Below are positions 20,085-29,034 of a stretch of 64,000 nucleotides of DNA, piece after piece; position 1 is the first letter of the stretch, and each line of letters opens with the position of its first letter. A program made the translations under genes and the position numbers. Source of the DNA: Candidatus Moraniibacteriota bacterium (lineage in GTDB: Bacteria > Patescibacteriota > Minisyncoccia > Moranbacterales > GCA-2747515); NCBI GenBank assembly GCA_016699795.1, contig CP065011.1, positions 1,011,449-1,075,448 of the forward strand, written 5' to 3'. The notes beneath the pieces are model-generated. The model searched no databases, was not told the origin of the DNA, and was given only the letters and a program-made list of their open reading frames with translations.

Positions 20085-20111
20085 CCAGCTTTGGAAGGGG
20101 CTGGTTTTTTT
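20085..20111 (+). terminator. Rho-independent terminator (CCAGCtttggaaggGGCTGG + T8)
   Basis: Stem-loop plus T-run directly after stop 20022. Confidence 0.65.
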
Positions 20112-20688
20112 TGTTTTTTTTCGCATCATTACTCATCGAACCGGCTTTTACCTCCCTCCCATCATCCGAAAGAGGGAAGGAAATAAAAAATGCTTTATAG
20201 CGGTATTTTTCACAAACACTTGACGTAGAAAGGTTATATATATCCATAAAGCATGTATATGCTTTATGGACTAAAGGTTATAAATTATATAACATCTAGT
20301 GCATGATATTAAAAAAGCTTTATAGAAGCATTTCTTATAAACATATGAAAAATGCTAATATAATAGCATATTTCATGCAGGAGATGTCTTTTAGGAGGAA
20401 ATTTAGCAAAGAGATCGTGCTCTCCTAAAATTTGGATTACATTCCAAAAATTTACTTTTACACTTATTATAGCTTATATAAAGCGTTATATTTATAAAAA
20501 AATTTCAGATAATCTCAAAAAGAAAATATTATTTTTATGACCTTGGTATTCACAATGCAATTCTTATTGATTTTTTTTGAAAATTCTCGATGATATACTA
20601 CAAAGCTTTCATTTGGGAACTCTTAGAAAACGCAAGCAACCTCGGAACTGATACCTATATGAAATGGACAGAGGATAGCGATGCTTAA

Positions 20689-21609
20689 CTAAGTAGTTCC
20701 TAGCTCCCGAAGTATACACACTTCGGGAGTTTTTAATTTTTCAAGAATCTCTTTTGCAGGATAGGCGCAGTTTAATTGTTTCGTGTTGGATATTTCTTTG
20801 ATAAAAGCAATACAACTATCAGGCAATAATAATAGAGTCTTGTCCATATCACTCAGGATGCTTAATGCCTTATTGCGAACGTCCGGTGCTCCGTATTGTA
20901 GCAAAGATACGAGAGTTTTTGTAAGTAAAATTTTCATTTCTTGGGACATGCCTGTGATACAAGGAATGAGCTGTCGTAGTAAAATATTCGTACAATCTCT
21001 ATAAAGTTTTTTTCTAAGAAGATATAAAATATTTTCTAATAGAACAGGATCTTTATAGATCCATTGTAGCGCTATTCCAGCATCAATAGATCCGTTCTCC
21101 ACAAGATTGATAAGATCGCTAGTTTTATCAGTACACAATTTTTGCACATCCTGTTCTATTGATCGTAGTATAGGATCTTTTGAGAAAAAAATAGTATCGT
21201 CCCGTTCTAATCCAAGATTACCTCCATTGGCATATAGACTATCTGTGCGTCTTTGATGTGTATTTATTATAGCAATTACTTCTCTAAACCATTTTGGAGT
21301 TTGTAGGTGAGATTTTCTGGATAGGTCTGGATTATTACTCTTTTTGGAGTACAAATCAATCGTCAAAACAGTTTCTAATGTATTGTTATGTTGATATAGA
21401 GGATTCATTATTTCTGCATTATATCCTCGAACGTTGTAGTATTCCCATATTTCTTTCTCAGCACGGTTATATTCTGTAGTAGAATATTTTGATCCGATAA
21501 TAAGACTACTCAGATCCATTGCAAAAGTTATAGGACAAGGATATTTATTTTTTTGATGATGCCATACTTCAATATCTAATAGCACATATTCAAGCTTAAT
21601 ATTTTGCAT
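20689..21609 (-). CDS. hypothetical protein (306 aa) in an AT-rich part of the island
   Basis: Long ORF of uncertain function. The N-terminal LLDIEVWHH is loosely like a DEDD exonuclease motif I, and the C-terminal helical repeats look HEAT-like. Both are weak impressions only. Confidence 0.4.
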   Translation of the reverse strand: MQNIKLEYVLLDIEVWHHQKNKYPCPITFAMDLSSLIIGSKYSTTEYNRAEKEIWEYYNVRGYNAEIMNPLYQHNNTLETVLTIDLYSKKSNNPDLSRKSHLQTPKWFREVIAIINTHQRRTDSLYANGGNLGLERDDTIFFSKDPILRSIEQDVQKLCTDKTSDLINLVENGSIDAGIALQWIYKDPVLLENILYLLRKKLYRDCTNILLRQLIPCITGMSQEMKILLTKTLVSLLQYGAPDVRNKALSILSDMDKTLLLLPDSCIAFIKEISNTKQLNCAYPAKEILEKLKTPEVCILRELGTT

Positions 21610-21689
21610 ATTCCACTTTTAACAATTGATATCTCTAGTATAGAACATAGAGGTTACTGTCGGATAGTATCTCTTATATTCTCAACAAT

Positions 21690-21960
21690 GAAGCACTCTT
21701 TCTCTCGCATCCTTTCTGGATGGACAGGGTATGGAGTACAGCGGATGTCCAATCAACCGACTCCTTGGTGGCTTACTATTTTGGGAATCTTAGCTTTTGC
21801 GGATTTCTGGGTAGGAGTTTTCCCTCGTCATCGCGAGTCCGCCGACTGGCGGAGAAGCGATCCAGAAGGAAAGGAAAATGCATGGATTGCCACATCGCAG
21901 ATTCCTCGCAATGACACTCCCTTCCTCATCAACTGGCTTTTACCAAAAGAAAGAATGAAA
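21690..21960 (+). pseudogene. degenerate partial copy of the 3' part of gene 15616-16929, interrupted by a GC-rich hairpin insert
   Basis: Encodes ..EALFLSHPFWTGYGVQRMSNQPTPWWLTILGILAFADFWVG.., matching 16570-16695. A foreign about 110-bp insert follows (tccgccgactggcgga hairpin), then ..ctcatcaactggcttttacc. Confidence 0.7.
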
Positions 21961-21984
21961 TGAAAAAAGAAAAAGTATAAAAAA

Positions 21985-22013
21985 GAATAAAAACCACCTC
22001 TTCGGTGGTTTTT
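21985..22013. terminator. bidirectional Rho-independent terminator (AAAACCACCtcttcGGTGGTTTTT)
   Basis: Perfect 9-bp stem flanked by A-run and T-run, immediately 3' of the minus-strand gene 22018-22281. Confidence 0.7.
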
Positions 22014-22017
22014 ATAT

Positions 22018-22281
22018 TTACTTTGTAAAGAATTGTTTTTGACCAAATTTTTCTTCGTATTTTTTCAAAAGTTTTTCTTGATCTTTTGCACTAAGTTGAG
22101 CAGCTTTTTCTATGATTTTCTTTTGTTTAGAAGAAGACATAGCAGAAAAATGCTCCTCTTGTTTTGGAGAGGTTTTATGCGTTGTTTTGGAGTAGTTTAA
22201 AATTTTTTCGATAATGATTTTTCGATGTTCTTTGATAAAAATTTTTGCTTGTTCGGCAATATTGGATTCTTCTTTATTCAT
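22018..22281 (-). CDS. small lysine-rich hypothetical protein (87 aa)
   Basis: ORF followed by a strong terminator; no recognisable domain. Confidence 0.35.
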   Translation of the reverse strand: MNKEESNIAEQAKIFIKEHRKIIIEKILNYSKTTHKTSPKQEEHFSAMSSSKQKKIIEKAAQLSAKDQEKLLKKYEEKFGQKQFFTK

Positions 22282-22870
22282 AGTTACATTATACTAAAGA
22301 AGTAACTTTTTGATAAGAAAGACCGTCTTCAATGCCTTTCGTGAAGCTTCCAAATTCTAACTCTGGGGGCTACTCCGTCGGCCTCACCTCCCTCATCAAC
22401 TGGCTTTTACCGAAAGAGGGGAGAAAATAAAGCCATGGTGACGGAGAATAAAATAAAACTTAAATATAATTTGACTTATGTTTAAGTTTGACTTAATGCA
22501 TACTATAAAATAAGTAATTGAAAAAATATTCATACAATGCAAATTTAGATATATCTATTTATACATACAATGCTCAAAAAGTTATAAAAAGACACCTCGA
22601 GTAACTTTTGTTTTACTCTCAGATGGACCCTCTCCCGCTACGGCGGGAACGGAGGAAAAGGAAAGAATAAAAGAGAGGAAGAAGGGAATAGCGTTAAGAA
22701 TAGTGTATTATATTGACCGAAATAGTATGTATTTACGTCAATATGCTAACCAAAACATAAAGAGAAAATGTAAACAAAATCCACGAAATAATATGATTTC
22801 GTGGATAGACAATCCTTGAAATTGACATATTTCGTGGATTCAGTCTTATGAATGGTATGAAATCAAGAAA

Positions 22871-22925
22871 ATCCCTCCCCCTCGATGACTCGAGTACTCC
22901 CTTTTGGCAAAGGGAGAGAAGAAGT
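22871..22925. repeat. inverted copy of the GC-rich palindromic mini-element
   Basis: Reverse complement equals cttctctccctttgccaaaagggagtactcgagtcatcgagggggaggga (compare 16266-16320). Confidence 0.7.
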
Positions 22926-23205
22926 TTGGAATTCAAAGAGAGAGGAGGGAGATTTGTGTATCATCAGGGAAATAAAACGCTCCTCTCAAAAAAGATTTAG
23001 CAAGCTATAACAAAAGAGTATTCTTAAATTGTATTCGTTTCATTAGATTATTATTTTTCATAAACAAATGAAACGATACAATAGTCTATTTGAAAGTTTT
23101 CGAGTGTTTTTATATGTACTTTCCGTCTGAATTTTTCTTGACAAAACACTTTGTGAATATTAACATTACAAATGTTGATATTCTGTATTTTATAACATTA
23201 GGAGT

Positions 23206-24453
23206 ATGACTTTTAAAAGAGATCTTTTGGAAGAGGTAGTGGCAGATCAGGCGCTTTCATTTGCATCACGTAATCGTGGGATAGCACGGTTGGTGAATTT
23301 TGACAATCACAAAAAATCTAAAATGATTACCGTTATATCTGGTGTTCGCCGAAGTGGAAAGTCTACACTCCTTTCGCAATTTTTCGATCTCTTGGGAGGT
23401 GGACATTATTTAAATTTCGATGACGAGCGCTTATCCGAATTTGTTTTGGAGGATTTTCGAACACTTCTCTCAATTTTTGATGGGAAAAAAGAATCAGATA
23501 CTTTCTTTTTTGATGAAATTCAAAATGTTTCTGGGTGGGAACGATTTGTACGCCGTCTTCATGATGAGGGAAAAAAAGTATTTGTAACAGGATCGAATGC
23601 CACGCTTTTGAGTGGTGAGTTAGGAACACATTTAACTGGTCGGTATAAAAAAATAGAGTTATATCCATTTTCTTTTTCTGAATATATTTGTTTTAAAGAA
23701 ATAAATATCACGGATAAAACATCGAAAAACTGTGCGAAAATTGTTAGAGGATTTGATGAATATGCAGAGATGGGTGGTTTTCCGGGATTTTTACTCGAGA
23801 ACGACAGAGAAATTTTACAGAGAATTTATGAGGATATTCTCTATCGTGATCTTTTGGTACGATTTCAAATACGCGAAGTAGAGGCATTTCGTAAGTTAGC
23901 GTCATTTCTTTTTGCTAATGTAGGAAAAAACATTGGATATTCTTCTCTAAAAAATATTTTGGGTTTTGCAAGTGCTACATCGGTAAAGAATTACGTTTCT
24001 TTTTTGGAAGAGAGCTTTTTGCTTTTTGAAATGAGAAAATATGATGCGTCTCTCAAAAAACAATATGTCTCAGAGAAGAAAATATATGCTGTGGACAACG
24101 GACTTCGTAATGCCATTTCTTTTTCTGCTTCCGAGGATCGCGGTAGGATGTTGGAAAATGCGGTGTATATGGAACTGCGCCGACGTGGGAAAGACGTGTT
24201 TTTTTTCAAAGAAAAGCGAGAATGTGATTTTGTTGTTCGCAAGGGAATACGAATTGCTGAGGCGATTCAGGTCTGCGAGAATATTTCTGATCTAGAAACA
24301 AAAGATCGAGAGGTATCGGGACTTGTTGAAGCTATGAATGTATTGCATCTTTCTTCGGGAACGATTATCACTCGCTATGAAGAAGAAACAATTGAGATTG
24401 AGGGAAAAAAAATATACATTGTTCCAGCATGGAAGTGGTTTTTGGAGATATAA
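23206..24453 (+). CDS. AAA+ ATPase of the AAA_14/DUF4143 family
   Basis: Walker A ITVISGVRRSGKSTLL; Walker B FFFDEIQNV; C-terminal ECDFVV typical of DUF4143. A 12-bp imperfect palindrome (GAATATTAACATtacaaATGTTGATATTC) lies just upstream. Confidence 0.8.
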   Translation: MTFKRDLLEEVVADQALSFASRNRGIARLVNFDNHKKSKMITVISGVRRSGKSTLLSQFFDLLGGGHYLNFDDERLSEFVLEDFRTLLSIFDGKKESDTFFFDEIQNVSGWERFVRRLHDEGKKVFVTGSNATLLSGELGTHLTGRYKKIELYPFSFSEYICFKEINITDKTSKNCAKIVRGFDEYAEMGGFPGFLLENDREILQRIYEDILYRDLLVRFQIREVEAFRKLASFLFANVGKNIGYSSLKNILGFASATSVKNYVSFLEESFLLFEMRKYDASLKKQYVSEKKIYAVDNGLRNAISFSASEDRGRMLENAVYMELRRRGKDVFFFKEKRECDFVVRKGIRIAEAIQVCENISDLETKDREVSGLVEAMNVLHLSSGTIITRYEEETIEIEGKKIYIVPAWKWFLEI

Positions 24454-24699
24454 TGTATTGCAAAAACGTTTACATTTTTACTCTCGTGGGAATACTTCTG
24501 GGCAAACAAGTGTCAGAACCTTTCTCCACACTTTACTCCTGGCTCTATGAAAACCTCCCATCATCCGAAAGAGGGAAGGAAATAAAAAAATGCTTTATAG
24601 CGGTATTTTTCACAAACACTTGACGTAGAAAGGTTATATATATTAAAGTATATATATGTTTTATGAACTAAAGGTTATAAATTATATAACATCTAGTGT

Positions 24700-25281
24700 A
24701 TGATATTAAAAAAAAGCTTTATAGATTCTTTGTATCTTTCGCCTCAATCCGTCTTTTCTAGTAAAGAAATAGCTATTCTTACAAAAGAAGCCGATCCTCT
24801 TTCTCTCAAGTCAAAACTTGCCTATTATGTGCGTAGAGGAAAACTCGTTCGTTTGCGAAAAGGTTTTTATGCAAAACCAGAAAAATACGAAAAAAAAGAA
24901 TTTGCCGTTCGTCTTTATACACCATCATATATCAGTTTTGAAACAGTTCTTGCGCAAGAAGGGATTATTTTTCAATATTACGCAACCATATTTGTTGCTA
25001 GTTATGTGTCTCGGGAGATACAGCTTTCCGATGCTACTTTTCGATATAGAAAAGTAAAGGATGCTATTCTTTTGAATAGAAAAGGTATCGTAGATAAAGA
25101 TGGGTTTTTTGAGGCAAGTAAAGAAAGAGCTTTTCTAGACATGCTTTATAGTAATCCAAAATATTATTTTGATAATTTGCGATCGATCGATTGGGACGCG
25201 TGTTTTGATCTTGTTTCTTTGTATCAAAAAAAATCTCTCGAAAAAACACTTAAAGAATATTATAACTTGTATGCTAAATAG
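24700..25281 (+). CDS. abiEi: AbiEi-like antitoxin/transcriptional regulator (type IV TA, abortive infection)
   Basis: About 190 aa. wHTH-like N-terminus with the KLAYYVRRGKLVRLRKGFYA (RGvY) motif typical of AbiEi_4. Directly upstream of, and overlapping, the AbiEii gene. Confidence 0.55.
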   Translation: MILKKSFIDSLYLSPQSVFSSKEIAILTKEADPLSLKSKLAYYVRRGKLVRLRKGFYAKPEKYEKKEFAVRLYTPSYISFETVLAQEGIIFQYYATIFVASYVSREIQLSDATFRYRKVKDAILLNRKGIVDKDGFFEASKERAFLDMLYSNPKYYFDNLRSIDWDACFDLVSLYQKKSLEKTLKEYYNLYAK

Positions 25282-25978
25282 AGAAAAACACGAGCTTGTA
25301 ATGACGCAAATACTCAAAGATGTGTATGCAGATACTTTTATAGGACCACTTCTGGGATTTAAAGGTGGCACCGCGGCATATTTATTTTATGGATTAGAAA
25401 GATTTTCTGTCGACTTGGATTTTGATCTTTTGGAGGTTTCGGAAGAGAAAAGAACTATCGTATTTGATCGCATTTCTCAGATTCTTCTTCAATACGGAAC
25501 GATACGAGATTCACAACAAAAAGAAAATACTATTTTTTTACTTCTTTCTTATGGAGCAGGAGAATATGGCATAAAAGTTGAAGTAAATACCAGAAAGGTC
25601 GGATCTTTGTATGAAATGAAACAGTATTTTGGCATTCCAATGCTTGTTATGAAAAAAGAATCGATGTTTGCAAGTAAATTAATAGCGCTCATAGAAAGAA
25701 AAAAATTTGCGGCTCGAGATATGTATGATGTATATTATTTTCTAAAAAATAATTGGGATATTGATATTAATGTTTTGAATAAGTATGGAAAGAAAAACAT
25801 TGTTTCTTTTTTGGATGAATGTATTCATTTTGTAGAAAATACCCCGGATAACTCTTTACTGGGAGGATTGGGAGAACTTGTCGAGGAAACGAAAAAAGAC
25901 TTTATTCGAAATAAAATGAAGATGGAAATAGTTTTCTTTCTTTCCATTCGGAAAGAACAATACAAAAAGAGATACTAA
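25271..25978 (+). CDS. abiEii: AbiEii/AbiGii-family nucleotidyltransferase toxin
   Basis: FKGGTAAYLFYGLERFSVDLDFDL matches the DUF1814/AbiEii signature (KGGTAL..yg..R.S.DlD). The start is either ATG 25271 (overlapping the AbiEi stop) or 25301. Confidence 0.7.
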   Translation: MLNREKHELVMTQILKDVYADTFIGPLLGFKGGTAAYLFYGLERFSVDLDFDLLEVSEEKRTIVFDRISQILLQYGTIRDSQQKENTIFLLLSYGAGEYGIKVEVNTRKVGSLYEMKQYFGIPMLVMKKESMFASKLIALIERKKFAARDMYDVYYFLKNNWDIDINVLNKYGKKNIVSFLDECIHFVENTPDNSLLGGLGELVEETKKDFIRNKMKMEIVFFLSIRKEQYKKRY

Positions 25979-26070
25979 CTTTTTTAACAAAGAAAATTAT
26001 TTGGATTTTATAAGTTGAAAGAAAGAAATGGAGGTTAGTAATAGTTCCTTTATGTACTCATTACTCTCCG

Positions 26071-26257
26071 GCTACTCCGTCGGCCTCGCATCCCTCATCA
26101 ACTGGCTTTTACCGAAAGAGGGAAGTGAAAAATAAAGAAGTTTAACAAAAAATTAAGAATGCAAAAATTCCTCTCTAGCTCTCCCTTTGCCAAAAGGGAG
26201 TACTCCTAAGGGGGAGGGATTTGTATAAATTTCAAGCTCTAAGAAAAATTGTTGAAC
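26071..26257. repeat. second copy of the 187-bp 3'-end/downstream segment of gene 15616-16929 (includes one GC-rich mini-element)
   Basis: Near-identical to 16864-17050. Confidence 0.8.
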
Positions 26258-26326
26258 TTAGTATCGAAAAACTTGACGTAAAGCCATATTTTAGGTATAT
26301 TTTTTGTACATTATTTTAAATACATT

Positions 26327-27022
26327 ATGAAACAGCTTTCTACTCGAACCATATCAATTATTTCTCTTATAGCCATTGCCATTTTGGCATTAGGAATTTT
26401 TGCAATGCAAAGAGTTTACAACACACCTCTTCCTGTTGTGGAGGATGAAGTTGAACAAAAAGAGAATCTGAAAACAAATGATGATAATAACTCTAAAAAA
26501 GAGCAACAAAATATAGATGAAAATATCATGGCTATGGTAGAAACATTTGATGTTAGTGATTGGCAATTATATTCAAATAATGAACTTGGATTTAGTGTGA
26601 AACTTCCACCAACTTTTGATCTTAATGATCCCAGGATTTATGAAGATGAAAAATTCTTTGTAAAAAGTGTTTGTTTTCCAGATAATCAAGATATGCAGCT
26701 ATATGCCAATGAAGGAGCAGAATCAAGGGGTCCAAGATTATTATGTTTTAAGAAAGGAGCATTGGGAAATGTGGATGACCTTATGACTAAATTTAAGGAT
26801 AGTAGTAATCAATTTGTAAAATATAATATTCTTATTTCTCATGATATTTCTGCAAAACTTTATTTTGGCTTTGGGAGTGGAATAATCTTTGAGTCTAATA
26901 AATATAGATTGACAATCGAAGACTCTTACACCTTCAAAAGCGCTACCATTTTTAACAATGTTTCAAATTTGTATTACCTTGGCATGATCAAAACATTTGT
27001 TTTATTTGATGAGAAAAAGTAA
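26327..27022 (+). CDS. MKQLSTR-family signal-anchored protein, copy 3a
   Basis: N-terminal MKQLSTRTISIISLIAIAILALGIFAMQRVYNTPLPVVEDEVEQKENLKTNDD; unique C-terminal domain; conserved promoter/leader upstream. Confidence 0.75.
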   Translation: MKQLSTRTISIISLIAIAILALGIFAMQRVYNTPLPVVEDEVEQKENLKTNDDNNSKKEQQNIDENIMAMVETFDVSDWQLYSNNELGFSVKLPPTFDLNDPRIYEDEKFFVKSVCFPDNQDMQLYANEGAESRGPRLLCFKKGALGNVDDLMTKFKDSSNQFVKYNILISHDISAKLYFGFGSGIIFESNKYRLTIEDSYTFKSATIFNNVSNLYYLGMIKTFVLFDEKK

Positions 27023-27127
27023 TAATTCATTTTCGGAATAATGCTCCAACCAAAGAGAAATCCTTCCCTTTGGTTGCCGGCAATGTTTCGGTATTCTGAC
27101 CTTTGACAAATAGAGGAGTCTATTCGA

Positions 27128-27316
27128 ATGAATATTCGATTGTTTCTCGTACTATGCTTTTTTACCACATCTTTCTCAGCATTCTCTGCTGAATCGATTC
27201 GTACGGTAACGGGATTCTATTATCCCATTGGAATGACAAAAGATACGATTGTAAAACAGGAAATACTTGATACGATAGCTAAGAATATTATTTTAAAGAA
27301 TAATTTTCCAGAGTAA
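27128..27316 (+). CDS. 62-aa ORF with its own signal peptide whose C-terminus duplicates the last 30 aa of ORF 27474-28193; a small secreted protein or a cassette remnant
   Basis: ..IGMTKDTIVKQEILDTIAKNIILKNNFPE* matches ..IGMTKDTVVKQEILDTIAKNIILKNNFPE* of the next gene. The same NNFPE*-plus-leader junction recurs at about 390-404. Confidence 0.35.
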   Translation: MNIRLFLVLCFFTTSFSAFSAESIRTVTGFYYPIGMTKDTIVKQEILDTIAKNIILKNNFPE

Positions 27317-27473
27317 ATCTTTCTTTGATTATCTCATTTGGATGTAATGGTTAGTTGATAGGCTACCGACGATGACCCATGGACTCAGTTTGACACTGGA
27401 TATATGACTATCGAAAAACTTGACATAAAGCCATATTTTAGGTATATTTTTTGTACATTATTTTAAATACATT

Positions 27474-28193
27474 ATGAAACAGCTTTCCACTCGAACTATA
27501 GCCATTATTTCCCTTATCGCCATTGCCATTTTGGCATTAGGAGTCTTTGCAATACAAAGAGCTTACAATACCCCACTTCCTGTTGTGGAGAATAAAGTTG
27601 AACAAAAAGAGAATCCGAAAACAAATGATAAAATCTTCATTGCCGATGTTGATATGAATATTGAAAATTGGCAAACGAAAGAAACGAAATTCTTTACGAT
27701 TAAATTTCCAAAAGAGTGGTATTGGTTGGAATCTGATTTTGAAAAGATAGGATATCATTCACAAGCAATCACCAATAATCCAAATTTTGATATAAACAAG
27801 TATCCTGACATTGGAATGTTTACTGGATATGATTATCCAATGATACTTAAAGAAAATAGTGAGGTTATTATAACGTTTGGAGGTTTTCCCACATCCAATT
27901 CTGGCACACCAAAGGATAGCTCTGATTATATTAAGAAATCCGTTTTAGATAAAAATTCTTCCGCTCAGTGCAAGGAAATTCAGATTACTAATAACAATGA
28001 TAGAAATGTAACTCTTTTTATTACCTGTTCTTTTATGGATATATATGGGTACAGCATAAAGAAGTATAGCGCTATTAATAACGAAATTTCTATTACAATA
28101 ACCATTGGAATGACAAAAGATACGGTTGTAAAACAGGAAATACTTGATACGATAGCTAAGAATATTATTTTAAAGAATAATTTTCCAGAGTAG
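27474..28193 (+). CDS. MKQLSTR-family signal-anchored protein, copy 3b
   Basis: N-terminal MKQLSTRTIAIISLIAIAILALGVFAIQRAYNTPLPVVENKVEQKENPKTNDKIF; shares a central block with ORF 17119. Confidence 0.75.
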   Translation: MKQLSTRTIAIISLIAIAILALGVFAIQRAYNTPLPVVENKVEQKENPKTNDKIFIADVDMNIENWQTKETKFFTIKFPKEWYWLESDFEKIGYHSQAITNNPNFDINKYPDIGMFTGYDYPMILKENSEVIITFGGFPTSNSGTPKDSSDYIKKSVLDKNSSAQCKEIQITNNNDRNVTLFITCSFMDIYGYSIKKYSAINNEISITITIGMTKDTVVKQEILDTIAKNIILKNNFPE

Positions 28194-28303
28194 ACCTTTT
28201 CTCGATTACCTTATTTGAATATGATTGGGTAATCTATGAAGCGGTAATATCCGTTTCTCAAAAAGCAATTGTTTTTTGACAATTTGAAAGAGGAGTTTTT
28301 TCC

Positions 28304-29002
28304 ATGAACATGCTAATGAAGACTGTGCTATACACACTTCTTTTCTTATCTAATATGGGAGTATATGCCGGAACAGATGAATGCTATGGATATAAATCTA
28401 CAACGAGTCATTTTGCGTGTGGTGAATATGGCAATTGTGTATGGTGGGCTGCATATATGCGTCCGGATATTGCTAGGGTTATAACGGGAAGTGGTTGGAA
28501 TGGTGGAGATTGGTACGCTAAACTTAAGGGAACGATTCCAGTTGGTTCCGTTCCGGAAGTTGGTGCAATTGTGGAATTTGAAGGCCACGTTGCGTTTGTT
28601 AAGGATATACTGGACGAAGGAGCATTCGCTGTATCAGAAATGGATTATTATGGGCAGTTTGGTTCGGGCGTACAATATGCCACATACACTCCCAATGGTG
28701 ATGGGACCTATCAACGAAATAATGAATCAAAGAAATGGACCCTCAACGGTTTCATTTATGCTGAAGATCCGGCAGTTATCCCTGGCAACACTTTTACGGT
28801 ACGTCGGGTAGGTAACTATGCTTGGCATCCTGCAGACAGTTCGTGTATCAATGCAAAAAATTGGTACGGACTCAATAGCGATCGAAAAATCGTACGTACG
28901 TACGACGATAGCCAAGTATGCCAATGGATCTACGAAACACTCTACCCACAAGAGGTAAGCTATAATGCACTCTTCGGAAATGCTAATGCGTGCTATCAAT
29001 AA
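28304..29002 (+). CDS. secreted CHAP-domain peptidoglycan hydrolase, copy 3
   Basis: Catalytic Cys in GNCVWWAAYMRP and His in EGHVAFVKDI. Signal peptide. AGAGGAG RBS. Confidence 0.8.
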   Translation: MNMLMKTVLYTLLFLSNMGVYAGTDECYGYKSTTSHFACGEYGNCVWWAAYMRPDIARVITGSGWNGGDWYAKLKGTIPVGSVPEVGAIVEFEGHVAFVKDILDEGAFAVSEMDYYGQFGSGVQYATYTPNGDGTYQRNNESKKWTLNGFIYAEDPAVIPGNTFTVRRVGNYAWHPADSSCINAKNWYGLNSDRKIVRTYDDSQVCQWIYETLYPQEVSYNALFGNANACYQ

Positions 29003-29034
29003 GACGCAAAACGACCATTTGAGAGGTGCTAATC

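Noticed and set aside
21604-21963. 119-aa ORF 21604-21963 as a genuine gene
   Set aside because: Its middle is a degenerate copy of codons from gene 15616-16929, fused to a GC-hairpin insert and unrelated flanks. There is no plausible start context. It is annotated as a pseudogene fragment instead.
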